Positions 8,461 to 18,401 of a stretch of 64,000 nucleotides of DNA are shown here, piece after piece; position 1 is the stretch's first letter, and every line of letters begins with the position of its first letter. This DNA comes from an uncultured Thermoplasmata archaeon (GTDB lineage Archaea > Thermoplasmatota > Thermoplasmata > RBG-16-68-12): assembly GCA_963768855.1 (NCBI GenBank), contig CAVYJM010000006.1, positions 448,001-512,000 on the forward strand. Reading direction: 5' to 3'. The translations under genes and the position numbers were made by a program. A model generated the notes under the pieces. The model was not told the origin of the DNA. It did no database searches and saw nothing but the letters and a program-made list of their open reading frames with translations.

Positions 8461-11400
8461 AAGAAGTCGTCGAGCTTCAGGTCCTGCGTCTTGTCGTTCG
8501 TGAAGAGCGAGGCGATCGCGTCCTCGATGAGGTCGATCCGCTGTCGCAGGTAGTTCGACACCTCGAACTGGCTGCTGATTTTCTTCGAGATCTCGAGGTA
8601 CTTCTTCACGGAGCTCTCGTGGACCGTCAGGGTGAGGTTGCCCCCGCACGCGAGGCATTTCCCGCGGAGGGGGATCCGGCGGAACTTCTCGCCGCACTTC
8701 GTGCAGCGCACGGACTGGCTCGAGAACGCCTTCAGGTTCCCGATCAGGTCGGGGAGGAAGTGGTGCACCACGATCCGGGCGACCACGTCGTTCGGGTCGA
8801 CCGCGCGGATCTTCAGCGCGAGCTCGAGCTGCTTGTCGATCTTCTCGACCATGGATCCCTCGCCGTACGCCGAGGCGAGCGGGCCCGCGGCCACGTTCGA
8901 GGTCTCATGCGTGTAGGAGAACCCCTCATACTGCAGGACCGTCCCGATCCGCTTGCTCACCGTGTCGATCAGGGGCTCGACCTCCTTCGGGTGCGCGAAG
9001 CGCTCGGCGGCCTGGTAGAGCGCGAGCGGATACATCGACATGAGATCGAGGTTGTGGGCCTCCTTGTCGATCTCGTTCGGATCGATGCGCATCGTGAGGA
9101 CGAGGGGCGCGTCCATGAGTCCGCCTCGCTTGTCCGGGAGGAACGAGCGGGAGAAGTTGATCAGGCTGTCCAGGAGGAGGATGAGGGAATCCTCGTCCCC
9201 GTCGCAGTTACGGCGGCGGGCGGCGATCATGTAGGGATGCGCGAAGCACGCCTGGGCCTTCGTGAAGCCGACGATCCGCGCGAGGACGCCTCCGCTCGTG
9301 TGCGGGGCGAGGGTCACGACGAGCTGGCCCAGGAGGTCCTCGAGGGTCTGCGCGTTGTAGAACCGCGGGAGCCCGTAGTACTTCTCGAGGAGATCGTCTA
9401 CGAAGGCGGCGACCTGCAGGAGGTAGGTCCCGCAGCTGTCCGCGATGAGCACGTCCTGGGTCCGGAGCTCGAGCACTTGGTCTTCCCGCTCCAGCGGATT
9501 CCCGTGGGTGTCCCGCTCGTAGCCAAGCCTGCGCGCGCTCTCCACCGTGATGGCCGCCTCGGCAGGGGTGAAGTGCGTGAGGGGAAGGTTCGTCATGTCG
9601 TACCGGGTCGTGCCGTCCTTGAAGACGAAAATCTCGTGCTTCGCGCGGAGGATGCCCTTCTCGAGGGGCTCGGGCGTCTTCTGCCGCGAGATCATCCCCA
9701 TGACCGCCTTGATCTCCGGGGCCTTCGTCTCGCCGAGCCGGTCTAGGGCGAGCCGAAGCACATCGGCGAGGGGGATCTTCTGGCGCGCGGGCAGGCCCCG
9801 CGGGACCGTGTGGCCCCCGCAGGAGCACTCGGGGAGGAACCAGCGCTTGCCGCAGCGCGTGCACACGCGCAGGCCGACCTCGACCTCGAGGGCGCCCTTC
9901 TCGACCGCTTCGGAGACGAGGCGCTGGGCGCCGCCCTCATGCCCAATCGGGAACAGGGAGTGCGGCGCGGGCTGCATCTTCCGAGGGGCGGCCTTCTCGG
10001 GACGGGCCATGCGGGCGCCGATCCGCGTCGGGCCCCGGGCCTTCACTGGGAAGCCCGCGAGGGACGACACGAACGCGAGCGGGTCCGCCGCCGTGGGGTC
10101 GTCCCGCAGGACGAGTTGTGCCTCCTTCTTGTCGATGCCAAGGCACGCGAGGACCGGTTCGGAGTGGCGTTCCAGGACCACGCGGCCTTCCTTCAGGGAG
10201 AAGGGCGCGCCGAGGCGCACGAGGAGCTCTCGCATGTCCTCGTCCGGCGGGAGGCTGATTCGGTCGCCGACCCACGTGGCCTGGCCCGCGATGAATCGCC
10301 GCAGGGTGCGGAGCTCTTCGATCGTCAGGTCGTGCCAGAACAGGTTGTACCGGGGATGGAGGGGGATGCCATGGCGGCGCGACCAGTCCAGCGCCTGGGC
10401 CGCATCCACATCCGTCCACCCCTCCGGGAGGGCGGTGAGCTTCTCCTGGAGCAGCTGCCCGTACCACTCGAGGGAGAACGCCCCGGGCATCAGCACGTGG
10501 TTGTTCTCGAGAAACTCGCCGAACGGGATCAGGATCTCTCCCAGGTCCGCGATGACACGGACCTCCGGCGCGAGGCGCTTCGCCGTCGCCGCGTCGTCAA
10601 CCTCGACGAAGTCTCCGGACTTCAGGACCACGAGGGGTCCCTCCAGCCGGTCGCACGAGGTGATTGCGCCGGCCTTGCCCGGCCGTTCCGTCTTGACCTG
10701 CGTGCCGATGGCGATGAAGTCATCGAGGATGTGCATCGTTGCGGGGTGCATTGCGAGGGCCGCGAGCCCGGTCGCGCGCGTCCGGCCGTAGCGGAGCCGG
10801 AGCCCCCCCGCGCGGCTGGGATGGCACAGGACCGGGCGGCCCGCGATGATGTTCTGGATGAACTTCTCGTTCGGCTCCACGCCGATGTCGTCCTTCATGT
10901 CCTCCGGATGGGTCGCCTTGCCGGTCAGGTAGGCGTCGATGAACTCCCAGCCATCGATCTTTAGTTTCTTCACATGTTTCTGGATCTTGGGCGCCTTGAG
11001 ACACAGGCCGTCTGCGATGACGAGGCACGCGCCGCCCCGGATCCGGTTCGTCTCGATCCGCGGGAGATCGCGGTAGCCGCTGATCTCGGCCTCCTCGGTC
11101 CCTTCGCCGTTGAGGCCCACAGGGCAGTTCGACACGATGAGGGTGATTTCCTCGTCGGAGGGCGTGTACTGCAGGTGTTGGATCTGCTTGTAGAGCGGGA
11201 TCTCCTCCTTGAAACGCTCGACCTCCTCGCGGGTCGGCTGGTAGCGTCCGATGCCGAGCTCGCGGCGGACGATGTCCGCGATGAGCACGCTCAGAGCCTG
11301 CCCCGTCCCGCCCGCGGACCGGATCGGTCCGGCGTAGAACAGGTCCACGTAGCTCGAGCCGTCGCGATTCTTCTTCACCTTCACGCCCGCGAGGCCTTCG

Positions 11401-11765
11401 AGGGGCGCGACGAGGATCCCTTCCGTCAGGATCGCGAGCCCGACGCGGACCGCGCGGTCCACGGCCTTCTCTTTGTTCGGGGCGGGCCGCTGGGCCATCT
11501 CCTTGGCGACCAGGATCGCGAGCTCCTCCCGGTCGTGGCGCTTCGCGAGTTCCCGGATGCGCCGCGCGACCCCTTCGACGTCGTACTCGTGCAGGAGCCG
11601 CTCCACGCGGGAGGCGAGGTCGTCCGTCAGGGGGATCTCCACGTCGAGTTCCGGGTCGAACCCCTTGGCCCGAGCTGCGCGGGCGACGCGGTAACTCGAC
11701 TCGACGCCGTCCTGCAGCTTTTGGAAGTAGGACCGCACGTCTTCCGATGCAATCGGAGAACTCAT
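8457..11765 (-). CDS. polC: DNA polymerase D large subunit DP2
   Basis: GPIRSAGGTGQALSVL, RRNCDGDED, DKRGGLMDAPLVL, C-terminal Zn fingers; 1102 aa from MSSPIAS; no intein. Confidence 0.98.
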   Translation of the reverse strand: MSSPIASEDVRSYFQKLQDGVESSYRVARAARAKGFDPELDVEIPLTDDLASRVERLLHEYDVEGVARRIRELAKRHDREELAILVAKEMAQRPAPNKEKAVDRAVRVGLAILTEGILVAPLEGLAGVKVKKNRDGSSYVDLFYAGPIRSAGGTGQALSVLIADIVRRELGIGRYQPTREEVERFKEEIPLYKQIQHLQYTPSDEEITLIVSNCPVGLNGEGTEEAEISGYRDLPRIETNRIRGGACLVIADGLCLKAPKIQKHVKKLKIDGWEFIDAYLTGKATHPEDMKDDIGVEPNEKFIQNIIAGRPVLCHPSRAGGLRLRYGRTRATGLAALAMHPATMHILDDFIAIGTQVKTERPGKAGAITSCDRLEGPLVVLKSGDFVEVDDAATAKRLAPEVRVIADLGEILIPFGEFLENNHVLMPGAFSLEWYGQLLQEKLTALPEGWTDVDAAQALDWSRRHGIPLHPRYNLFWHDLTIEELRTLRRFIAGQATWVGDRISLPPDEDMRELLVRLGAPFSLKEGRVVLERHSEPVLACLGIDKKEAQLVLRDDPTAADPLAFVSSLAGFPVKARGPTRIGARMARPEKAAPRKMQPAPHSLFPIGHEGGAQRLVSEAVEKGALEVEVGLRVCTRCGKRWFLPECSCGGHTVPRGLPARQKIPLADVLRLALDRLGETKAPEIKAVMGMISRQKTPEPLEKGILRAKHEIFVFKDGTTRYDMTNLPLTHFTPAEAAITVESARRLGYERDTHGNPLEREDQVLELRTQDVLIADSCGTYLLQVAAFVDDLLEKYYGLPRFYNAQTLEDLLGQLVVTLAPHTSGGVLARIVGFTKAQACFAHPYMIAARRRNCDGDEDSLILLLDSLINFSRSFLPDKRGGLMDAPLVLTMRIDPNEIDKEAHNLDLMSMYPLALYQAAERFAHPKEVEPLIDTVSKRIGTVLQYEGFSYTHETSNVAAGPLASAYGEGSMVEKIDKQLELALKIRAVDPNDVVARIVVHHFLPDLIGNLKAFSSQSVRCTKCGEKFRRIPLRGKCLACGGNLTLTVHESSVKKYLEISKKISSQFEVSNYLRQRIDLIEDAIASLFTNDKTQDLKLDDFF

Positions 11766-11907
11766 CCCGATCCCTTCAAGAAGGCGACGCGGGCGGCCGT
11801 ATCCCCGGGTCGTGTATATCTCTTTTGTACGTGCGTTGCGCCTGGCCGTCGGCAGTCGCCGTGAACGGCCGAGCAAGTTTATTCCCGACGACGGTGTGCC
11901 ACAAACC

Positions 11908-12246
11908 GTGCTCGAGGTGAAGGACGCGAAGGCGTTCCGGGCCCAAGTCCTCGAGGCGAAGGAGCCGACGGTCGTCCTGTTCTGGGCGACCTGGTGCCCG
12001 TTCTGTCGAAGGTACAAGCCCGAGTTCGACAAGCTCGCGGCCCAGCGACCGTGGCGCTTCGCGAGCGTCTACCTCGACGACGAGTCGAACCCCCTCTGGG
12101 ACGACTACGCGGTCGACGTGGTCCCGACCCTCGCTCTGTTCCGCGCCGGCCAACTCGTCGACCGGCAGGATGGCATCCTCGGATACGGCATCGACCGCAA
12201 GGCGACGGACGCCTTCGCGACGCGCGTCGCCCCCGGGCTCTCCTGA
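11908..12246 (+). CDS. trxA: Thioredoxin
   Basis: FWATWCPFC active site, VVPT cis-Pro loop; start chosen by TTTATT promoter spacing. Confidence 0.9.
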   Translation: MLEVKDAKAFRAQVLEAKEPTVVLFWATWCPFCRRYKPEFDKLAAQRPWRFASVYLDDESNPLWDDYAVDVVPTLALFRAGQLVDRQDGILGYGIDRKATDAFATRVAPGLS

Positions 12247-12313
12247 GCCATGCCTCTCAACCCCGATTCTCAGGTCGGCACGCTTTTAATGCACATCCCT
12301 CGATGGAAACGCC

Positions 12314-13183
12314 GTGCGCAAGATTAAGAGCGGAATCTATGGGCTGAACCCGCTCTTGGACGGCGGCATGAACGAGAACTCGACCACCGTCGTGATCGGC
12401 CGCTCGGGCGCGGGCAAGACGACGCTCGCGACGCAGTTCATCCGCCGCGGACTGCAGGACGGCCAGGAAGGCGTGTTCGTCTCTCTCGACGAGAACAAGG
12501 ACCAAATCATCCGCGAAGCGGTCGAGATGGGCTGGTCCGACATCCTCGATTTCCTGGACGACGAGCTCCTCGTCTTCATCGACGCCTCGGGCCGCGAGTT
12601 CTCCAACTTCATCCGCAAGGAACTCCCGGCGTTCGTCGCGGACTGGAAGGGGAGCAACGCGCGGATCGCGATCGACCCGCTCACCCCGGTCATGTGGGCC
12701 ACGAAGGACCTGTACGAGCAGCGCGATCTGATCGGGTTCATGCTCAAGGAGACCCGCAAGGTCGGCACGGTCCTCTGCACCCTCGAGGAACACGGCGCCA
12801 CGGACCTCACCGGCCCGGAGACCGTGATCCCAATGTACCTCGCGGACTGCGTGATCCACCTTCGGTTCGACCACGGGGCCACGAAGCATACGCGGGAGCT
12901 GCAGATCATCAAGTGCCGGAACAGCCGACACGACCAGGAACCCCATCCCTACGAGATCCTCCGGGGCCTCGGGATCGTCCTCGAGGGCGTCGAGGCGCGC
13001 CGCCCCGCGACGGCCAAGGTGCCGTCCCAGCTCCGCCAGATGCTCCTGACTCGCGCCCTCCCCAAGGACGTGCGCGAGCGGCTCGAGAAGTCGCTCGACG
13101 GGCTCACGGACCAGGACTTCCAGGCCCTCAAGCCCGAACAGGTCCTCGAGCTGATCCTCCAGGAGTATCAGACGGGAGGCTGA
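12314..13183 (+). CDS. KaiC/RAD55-like RecA-superfamily ATPase
   Basis: IKSGIYGLNPLLDGG, intact Walker A GRSGAGKT, FVSLDE, IAIDPL, RELQIIKCR; helical C-terminal extension. Confidence 0.9.
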   Translation: MRKIKSGIYGLNPLLDGGMNENSTTVVIGRSGAGKTTLATQFIRRGLQDGQEGVFVSLDENKDQIIREAVEMGWSDILDFLDDELLVFIDASGREFSNFIRKELPAFVADWKGSNARIAIDPLTPVMWATKDLYEQRDLIGFMLKETRKVGTVLCTLEEHGATDLTGPETVIPMYLADCVIHLRFDHGATKHTRELQIIKCRNSRHDQEPHPYEILRGLGIVLEGVEARRPATAKVPSQLRQMLLTRALPKDVRERLEKSLDGLTDQDFQALKPEQVLELILQEYQTGG

Positions 13184-13184
13184 C

Positions 13185-13880
13185 ATGGCGCGGGGGTTGG
13201 GGCGGGCCCTCCAGACCGTGCTCGCGCAGGAGGGACCTGCCGAGAATCTGGAGATCGAGGGACCGAGCCTCGCGAACGCGAGGCGCCGGCAGGTCTTCCG
13301 GTACCTCTGTCTCCGCCCATGCGCCCGCGTCGGGGAGATCGGCCGGGTCCTCGGTATGTCCCACGCGACGGTCCGGTGGCACGAGCGGGACCTCCTCGAG
13401 AACGGCTACCTCGAGTTCGACACATCGCGCGTATTCCCCCGAGGGCTCATCGATCCGGAGGACGCGGGTCTCTTCGCGCTCCTGGCCGCACCGGGCCGTT
13501 CCCGCCTCCTGATGGCCTGTTACTCGGAGCCCGGGATCTCCCTCCTTGAGCTCGCGAAGGTCGTCGACCTCTCCCGGCAGAGCTCGAGCAAGATCGCCTC
13601 GGAATTCGGCGACGCCGGGCTCGTGACGCTCGTGGAGGACGGACGGTTCCGGCGGCACTATCCGACGGACCTCCTCGCACGGAAGCGCGTGGCGAACCGG
13701 CCCCGCGCCAAGGCGTTCGCCGAGGCATTCGTGAGGCGGCTCACAGACGAGGGTTTGTCGCCGGAGCCGCTTCGCGCGGACGAGTCCGTGATGATCGTTC
13801 GGTTCGGCTCGACCGCGAAGCGCGTCGTCTTGGATGTCCCGCTCGACCCGTACGTCACCGCGTGGAACGCCGAGCGTTGA
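13185..13880 (+). CDS. Double winged-helix transcriptional regulator (COG3398-like)
   Basis: Two HTH units (RVGEIGRVLGMSHATVRWH and SLLELAKVVDLSRQSSSK); 1 nt after the KaiC-like gene. Confidence 0.8.
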   Translation: MARGLGRALQTVLAQEGPAENLEIEGPSLANARRRQVFRYLCLRPCARVGEIGRVLGMSHATVRWHERDLLENGYLEFDTSRVFPRGLIDPEDAGLFALLAAPGRSRLLMACYSEPGISLLELAKVVDLSRQSSSKIASEFGDAGLVTLVEDGRFRRHYPTDLLARKRVANRPRAKAFAEAFVRRLTDEGLSPEPLRADESVMIVRFGSTAKRVVLDVPLDPYVTAWNAER

Positions 13881-13965
13881 GCGAGACATGGTAACGGATT
13901 CGATACTAACCATGATACGCAGGATACAACGCCCTTAATGAGGGACGCCCAACGACTTGTCGAAC

Positions 13966-16900
13966 ATGGACGAGAGCTACCTCGAGTGGCTACGAGTTCT
14001 CCCCGGCTTCTCGACGGAGAAGGCCCGGAAGGTCGCGGAGCGGTTCCCGACCTTCGAGCACCTCCGCGCCGCCATGCCCGAGGAGCTCGCGTCCGTGGAG
14101 GGCCTCACCGCCTACGACCTCGAGGCCCTCCACCGCCTCGTGCGCGATCCCCGGGGCCGCGACGCGGACGGGCATCTCTTCCTCTGTCCGGAGTGCGGCT
14201 CCTTCGCCGGGCCGGCGTCCACGGAGTGCCCCTTCTGCGGCGTCTCCTTCGACGAGGCGGAGCAGGACGCCTCCGTCGAGGAGATCGATGCCTTCCTCAA
14301 GGACGAGGCGGACCCCGCCCTCCTCTGCACGGGCTGCGGCGCGGTCATGGCGCGCGGGTCCACCCGGTGCGACGTCTGCGGGCGCACCTACACCCCGCAG
14401 GAGGCGGCGATCCTTCCCGGCGTCGCCCCCGAGCTCGAGTCGCCTTCCCGGTTCTGCCCCCATTGCGGGGCCTACCTCTCCGCGGAGGTCCCGGAGTGCA
14501 GCGTCTGCGGATTCGACCGCCTCAAAGCTCCCGACGTGGCCGTGAACGGCCACAACGGCAAGGGCCTCGCGGAGGGCTTCCTGAGCCGCTGGCAGCGGGT
14601 CGCGGAGACGCCTGCGTGCACGGAGATGGACCGCCTCGGCGAAGAACTCCTGCAGTACGAGAAGATCCTCGAGGCGGACCCGGCCCTCGAGAAAGTCTGG
14701 GCGAAGCGCGGGCGCGTCCTCGCGAGGATGGGACGCGCGATCGAGGCGGCGGAGAGCCTCTCGAAGGCAGCGGAGCTGGAGCCCGCGAAGGACGAAGAAT
14801 ACCGCCTCGAGGTCCTGGACATACTGAAGGCCAAGGGCGACCTGTCCTTCCTGCCGCCCCGCTGGGGCGAGCCCCGCGCGACCGCCGCCCCGTCCGTCGG
14901 GGATGCGCGCCTGATCGAGGCGCTCCGCCACTACGAGGTCCTCCTCGAGCGGGACCCCGGGATTGTGGTCGCATGGCGGACGAAGGGCGAGATCCTCGAG
15001 CGCCTTGGGCGCGCGGACGAAGCCCGCGTCTGCTTGGAGCGGGCGGATTCCCTCGAGCGCCGGGAAGGCGACCTCCTGAAGGCCCGCGTCTCCGGCCTCC
15101 AGGCGCAAGGCATCGCCCCTTCCGCCTTCTCCCTCTCCGGCCGCACGAACGGCCTCGGTGCGGGTCACGTGAACGGCCGCACGAACGGTCGAACGAACGG
15201 GCGGGTCAACGGGCTCGCGGAAGGGCGCGTGAACGGCCTGACGAACGGCGCCGTGAACGGACTCGGCATGGGCCGCGGGGCGACGAACGGACTCGGTGGC
15301 TTCACGAACGGCCGGACGAACGGGCTCGTGAACGGGAACGGATTCACGAACGGCCGCCGCGGCCGGTACGGGCCCACGCGGATTCCCGCCCAGCCCCACT
15401 GGGCCCGGTCCCTCGTCGGGATCGCGGCGGTCGTGGCCCTCATGGTCCTCGTCCCCGTCCTCGCGAGCATCCTGTCCCCCTCCCCCGGCGCGTACGCGCC
15501 GATCGCGATCGACCACAACTTCGGCGAGTGGAACCGCTTCACGGCGTACGCGAACGCGCCCCCCACGAACCTGAACAACCCGGACATCAACCTCCTCGCG
15601 GTCAAGGTCACCACGGATCCCTCGAACCTCTACGTATACGCGAGGGTCCAGGGGCTCTTCTTCCAGGCCCCGTGGACGAACGGGACGGAGAGCCTCCTCG
15701 TCTTCGTCGACGCTGACCACAACCCGAACACAGGCTACCCCGTCGGGGGCCTGGGCGCGGACCTCCTGGCCGTGGTCACGGGCTGGGATGGCCAGATTCA
15801 GACCATGGGCCGCTACGTGTTCAACGAGACGGGCGTGGTCCGCTCGAACGACTTCCGTCGCTTCCTCTCCGCGGGCTCCGTGGACGCGGCGTTCCTCGGC
15901 GACCAGTCCGAGATGCGCATCCCCCTGGACACGGATCCGGCCCAGGCCCGCTTCCTCGTGTACGCGGCGGACAACCTCGGCAACCGGGACAGCATGGTCG
16001 GTCTGATCCAGCCCGCGCGGCCGACGATCGTCGTGTCCCAGACCACCGTGGCGCCCGACACGGTTCGCAGCCTCTCGAACCCCGTCCTCCGGGTCTCCCT
16101 CTCCGGGATGGGCGGCTCGCCCTCCCTCACCGCGCTCTCCCTCCTGCGACAGGGCACCTCCGCGGACCCCGCTAACGTCTCCCTGTACCAGGATGACGGG
16201 AGCGGGACCTTCAGCGCGAACGACCCGCTCCTCGCCACGGCCTCCTTGTCCACCCCGCTCACGCGCATCCCCCTGAACCTGAGCCTCGTCCGACCCGTGA
16301 CCATGTGGGCGGTCGTTAACTGGACGACCCTCACCGCCAACCGGACGTTCGGGCTCCAGGTCGCCGCGGCCGCGGGCAACGGCACGTCGAGCCTGACGCC
16401 TCCCGACACGAAGCTCGTGTACCTCGGTGGGGCGCCCGCGACGCCCACCGTGGACGGAGCCTTCGGGGACTGGAGCGGCCGGCCCTACGGCGTGGATCCG
16501 CTCGGTGATGTCGTGAACGGCACGAACAGCTACGTCTACAATGCGAACGTGGACCTGCTCGCCGTGGCCGTGGACCGCGCGGCGAACGTGACGGGCTATG
16601 CCCAGGTGGACGGCCGCATGCTCGGCGGCGAGGACATCCCGAACGAGGCGCAGCGGCCGAACCCGACCCCGCCGAACGGGACCCTCAGCAACGTGACCCC
16701 ACCGTACGTCCCCCAGGTCGGGTATGACGTCCTATACGCGTACATCGACGCGGACAACTCCTCCCTTACAGGCCTCCCGGCGTCCTCGGGGACCGCGGAC
16801 TTCGGGTTCGACTACGCCCTCGCGATCACCGGTCGGAACGGCACGGTCTCCTCGAGCGCTCTCTACCGCTACGCCCCAACTGCGAACGCGACGTGGCAGT

Positions 16901-18336
16901 ACGTCCGCCCGATCGCCGCCGCCCTGGACGCGCACCGCGTCGAGTTCGGCGTGGACGCGAGCGCGATGAACCCGTCGGCCGCCTACCGGGTCGTGTTCTA
17001 CTCCACGGACTGGCGGCTCCAGTATGACGTCGCCCTGCCGGACGCCGCCGTGCGCTTCTTCGCCCTCGCGACCCAGGCCGTCGCGAACTCGGTCGTGCTC
17101 AACGAGATCTCCCCGCAGCCGAACCCGGAGTGGGTTGAGGTTGCGAATCCGACTTCCTCGAGCGTGAGTCTGCAAGGGTGGACATTGAACGTCGTGAAGG
17201 CGGGCAAGTTCTCGGTCATCTACACGTTCGGTAACGTCGTCCTAGGTCCCTTCGGATCGGGAACGGAGTACTTCGCCCCACAAGTGGACAAGAACTCCCT
17301 CCCGAACGGACAGAACACGGTCTCTCTGAATAACGGCCCGGTGGTTATGGACCAGACGACGTACGACTCGAGTGTCGGTGGTGCCAAGACGTGGTCCCGC
17401 CTCAAAGACCCAGCCACGGGTCAGCCCATGTCCTCCTACAATGGTGGGAGCGCGTGGTACGTTTCCGCCCTCCCGACGCAAGGCCGGCCAAACGACCGCA
17501 CCCGCCCGATCGTCTCCATCGCAAAGACGGTCAGTGCGGCTCGCGGTACGCCGGGCGATCTGCTGACCTACACGATCTACTTCAACAACACGGGTGACGG
17601 AGTCGCGAAGCTCGTCTGGCTGAACGACACGATGCCGAGCGGCCTCACCTACGTCTCGTCGAGCGTCGCCCCGGCCACGGTCGTCGGTTCCACGGTGAAC
17701 TGGGTCCTGACGAACGTCGCCCCGGGGGCGCACAGCCTCACGGTCTCCGCGGAGATCAACGGCAACGGGGCCGACGGATCGCTCCAGGTGAACCGGGTCG
17801 CCATGACGTATACGGACCAGATCCGGCGGGTCCTCGGGAGCGGCCAGGCGTGGGCGAACGTCACGGTGACGCGGCCCCAGATCACGATCGTGAAGACGGT
17901 CACCCCGGCGAGCGCGACGGCCGGCCAGACGGTCACCTACACGATCTACTACAACAACACGGGCTCGTCCAATGCGGGGACGGTCCACATCGTCGACATC
18001 CTCCCGAGCGGGCTCACGTACACGGGCAGCAACCCGGCCCCGACCGCCGTCAGCAATCGCACCTACTACTGGAACTTCTCGGACGTGACGCCGGGTTCCC
18101 ACAGCATCACGCTGACCGCGGTCGTGAACGCGGGCACGCCCACGGGCAACCTCGTGAACTGGGCGTTCCTGAACTACACGTCCATCCGGGGGTTCGTGCT
18201 CGGAGGCAGCGCCGCGTCCGCGATCGTCGCCATCCCCGAGCTCAGCGACTTCCTCTTCGTCCTTGCGGTGCCCACCCTGATCCTCGGGATGCGGTGGCGG
18301 ATTCGCCGCTCGAAGGGAGAGAGCAAGAAAGGGTGA
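13966..18336 (+). CDS. Giant membrane-spanning protein 1: HhH + Zn ribbons + TPR + (T/V)NG repeats + TM + extracellular DOMON/CBM9-like x2 + lamin-tail-like + DUF11 x2 + PEF-CTERM-like tail
   Basis: 1456 aa from MDESYLEW. LPGFSTEKARK HhH, three CxxC pairs, TPR-like helices, TM about 15409-15474, IDxxFxxW and DxDxxxxTG motifs twice, VVLNEI..PEWVEVAN, two IxKTV..TYTIYxNNTG units, IPEL-hydrophobic-RWRIRR tail. Confidence 0.85.
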   Translation: MDESYLEWLRVLPGFSTEKARKVAERFPTFEHLRAAMPEELASVEGLTAYDLEALHRLVRDPRGRDADGHLFLCPECGSFAGPASTECPFCGVSFDEAEQDASVEEIDAFLKDEADPALLCTGCGAVMARGSTRCDVCGRTYTPQEAAILPGVAPELESPSRFCPHCGAYLSAEVPECSVCGFDRLKAPDVAVNGHNGKGLAEGFLSRWQRVAETPACTEMDRLGEELLQYEKILEADPALEKVWAKRGRVLARMGRAIEAAESLSKAAELEPAKDEEYRLEVLDILKAKGDLSFLPPRWGEPRATAAPSVGDARLIEALRHYEVLLERDPGIVVAWRTKGEILERLGRADEARVCLERADSLERREGDLLKARVSGLQAQGIAPSAFSLSGRTNGLGAGHVNGRTNGRTNGRVNGLAEGRVNGLTNGAVNGLGMGRGATNGLGGFTNGRTNGLVNGNGFTNGRRGRYGPTRIPAQPHWARSLVGIAAVVALMVLVPVLASILSPSPGAYAPIAIDHNFGEWNRFTAYANAPPTNLNNPDINLLAVKVTTDPSNLYVYARVQGLFFQAPWTNGTESLLVFVDADHNPNTGYPVGGLGADLLAVVTGWDGQIQTMGRYVFNETGVVRSNDFRRFLSAGSVDAAFLGDQSEMRIPLDTDPAQARFLVYAADNLGNRDSMVGLIQPARPTIVVSQTTVAPDTVRSLSNPVLRVSLSGMGGSPSLTALSLLRQGTSADPANVSLYQDDGSGTFSANDPLLATASLSTPLTRIPLNLSLVRPVTMWAVVNWTTLTANRTFGLQVAAAAGNGTSSLTPPDTKLVYLGGAPATPTVDGAFGDWSGRPYGVDPLGDVVNGTNSYVYNANVDLLAVAVDRAANVTGYAQVDGRMLGGEDIPNEAQRPNPTPPNGTLSNVTPPYVPQVGYDVLYAYIDADNSSLTGLPASSGTADFGFDYALAITGRNGTVSSSALYRYAPTANATWQYVRPIAAALDAHRVEFGVDASAMNPSAAYRVVFYSTDWRLQYDVALPDAAVRFFALATQAVANSVVLNEISPQPNPEWVEVANPTSSSVSLQGWTLNVVKAGKFSVIYTFGNVVLGPFGSGTEYFAPQVDKNSLPNGQNTVSLNNGPVVMDQTTYDSSVGGAKTWSRLKDPATGQPMSSYNGGSAWYVSALPTQGRPNDRTRPIVSIAKTVSAARGTPGDLLTYTIYFNNTGDGVAKLVWLNDTMPSGLTYVSSSVAPATVVGSTVNWVLTNVAPGAHSLTVSAEINGNGADGSLQVNRVAMTYTDQIRRVLGSGQAWANVTVTRPQITIVKTVTPASATAGQTVTYTIYYNNTGSSNAGTVHIVDILPSGLTYTGSNPAPTAVSNRTYYWNFSDVTPGSHSITLTAVVNAGTPTGNLVNWAFLNYTSIRGFVLGGSAASAIVAIPELSDFLFVLAVPTLILGMRWRIRRSKGESKKG
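15139..15354 (+). repeat. (T/V)NG tetrapeptide repeat tract in giant protein 1
   Basis: GRTNGLGAGHVNGRTNGRTNGRVNGLAEGRVNGLTNGAVNG...FTNGRTNGLVNGNGFTNG, about 13 copies just before the TM helix. Confidence 0.95.
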
Positions 18337-18401
18337 GTGGCTGACAGCGTTCCATGGATCGGCGGCCGTTAGAGCGGCACGGTTCGTCGTCCACCACAAG
18401 G

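Noticed and set aside
8457-12032. Intein or long N-terminal extension in DP2
   Set aside because: Length 1102 aa from ATG 11765 is normal, no intein motifs; the upstream 89 codons overlap the promoter and the divergent thioredoxin gene.
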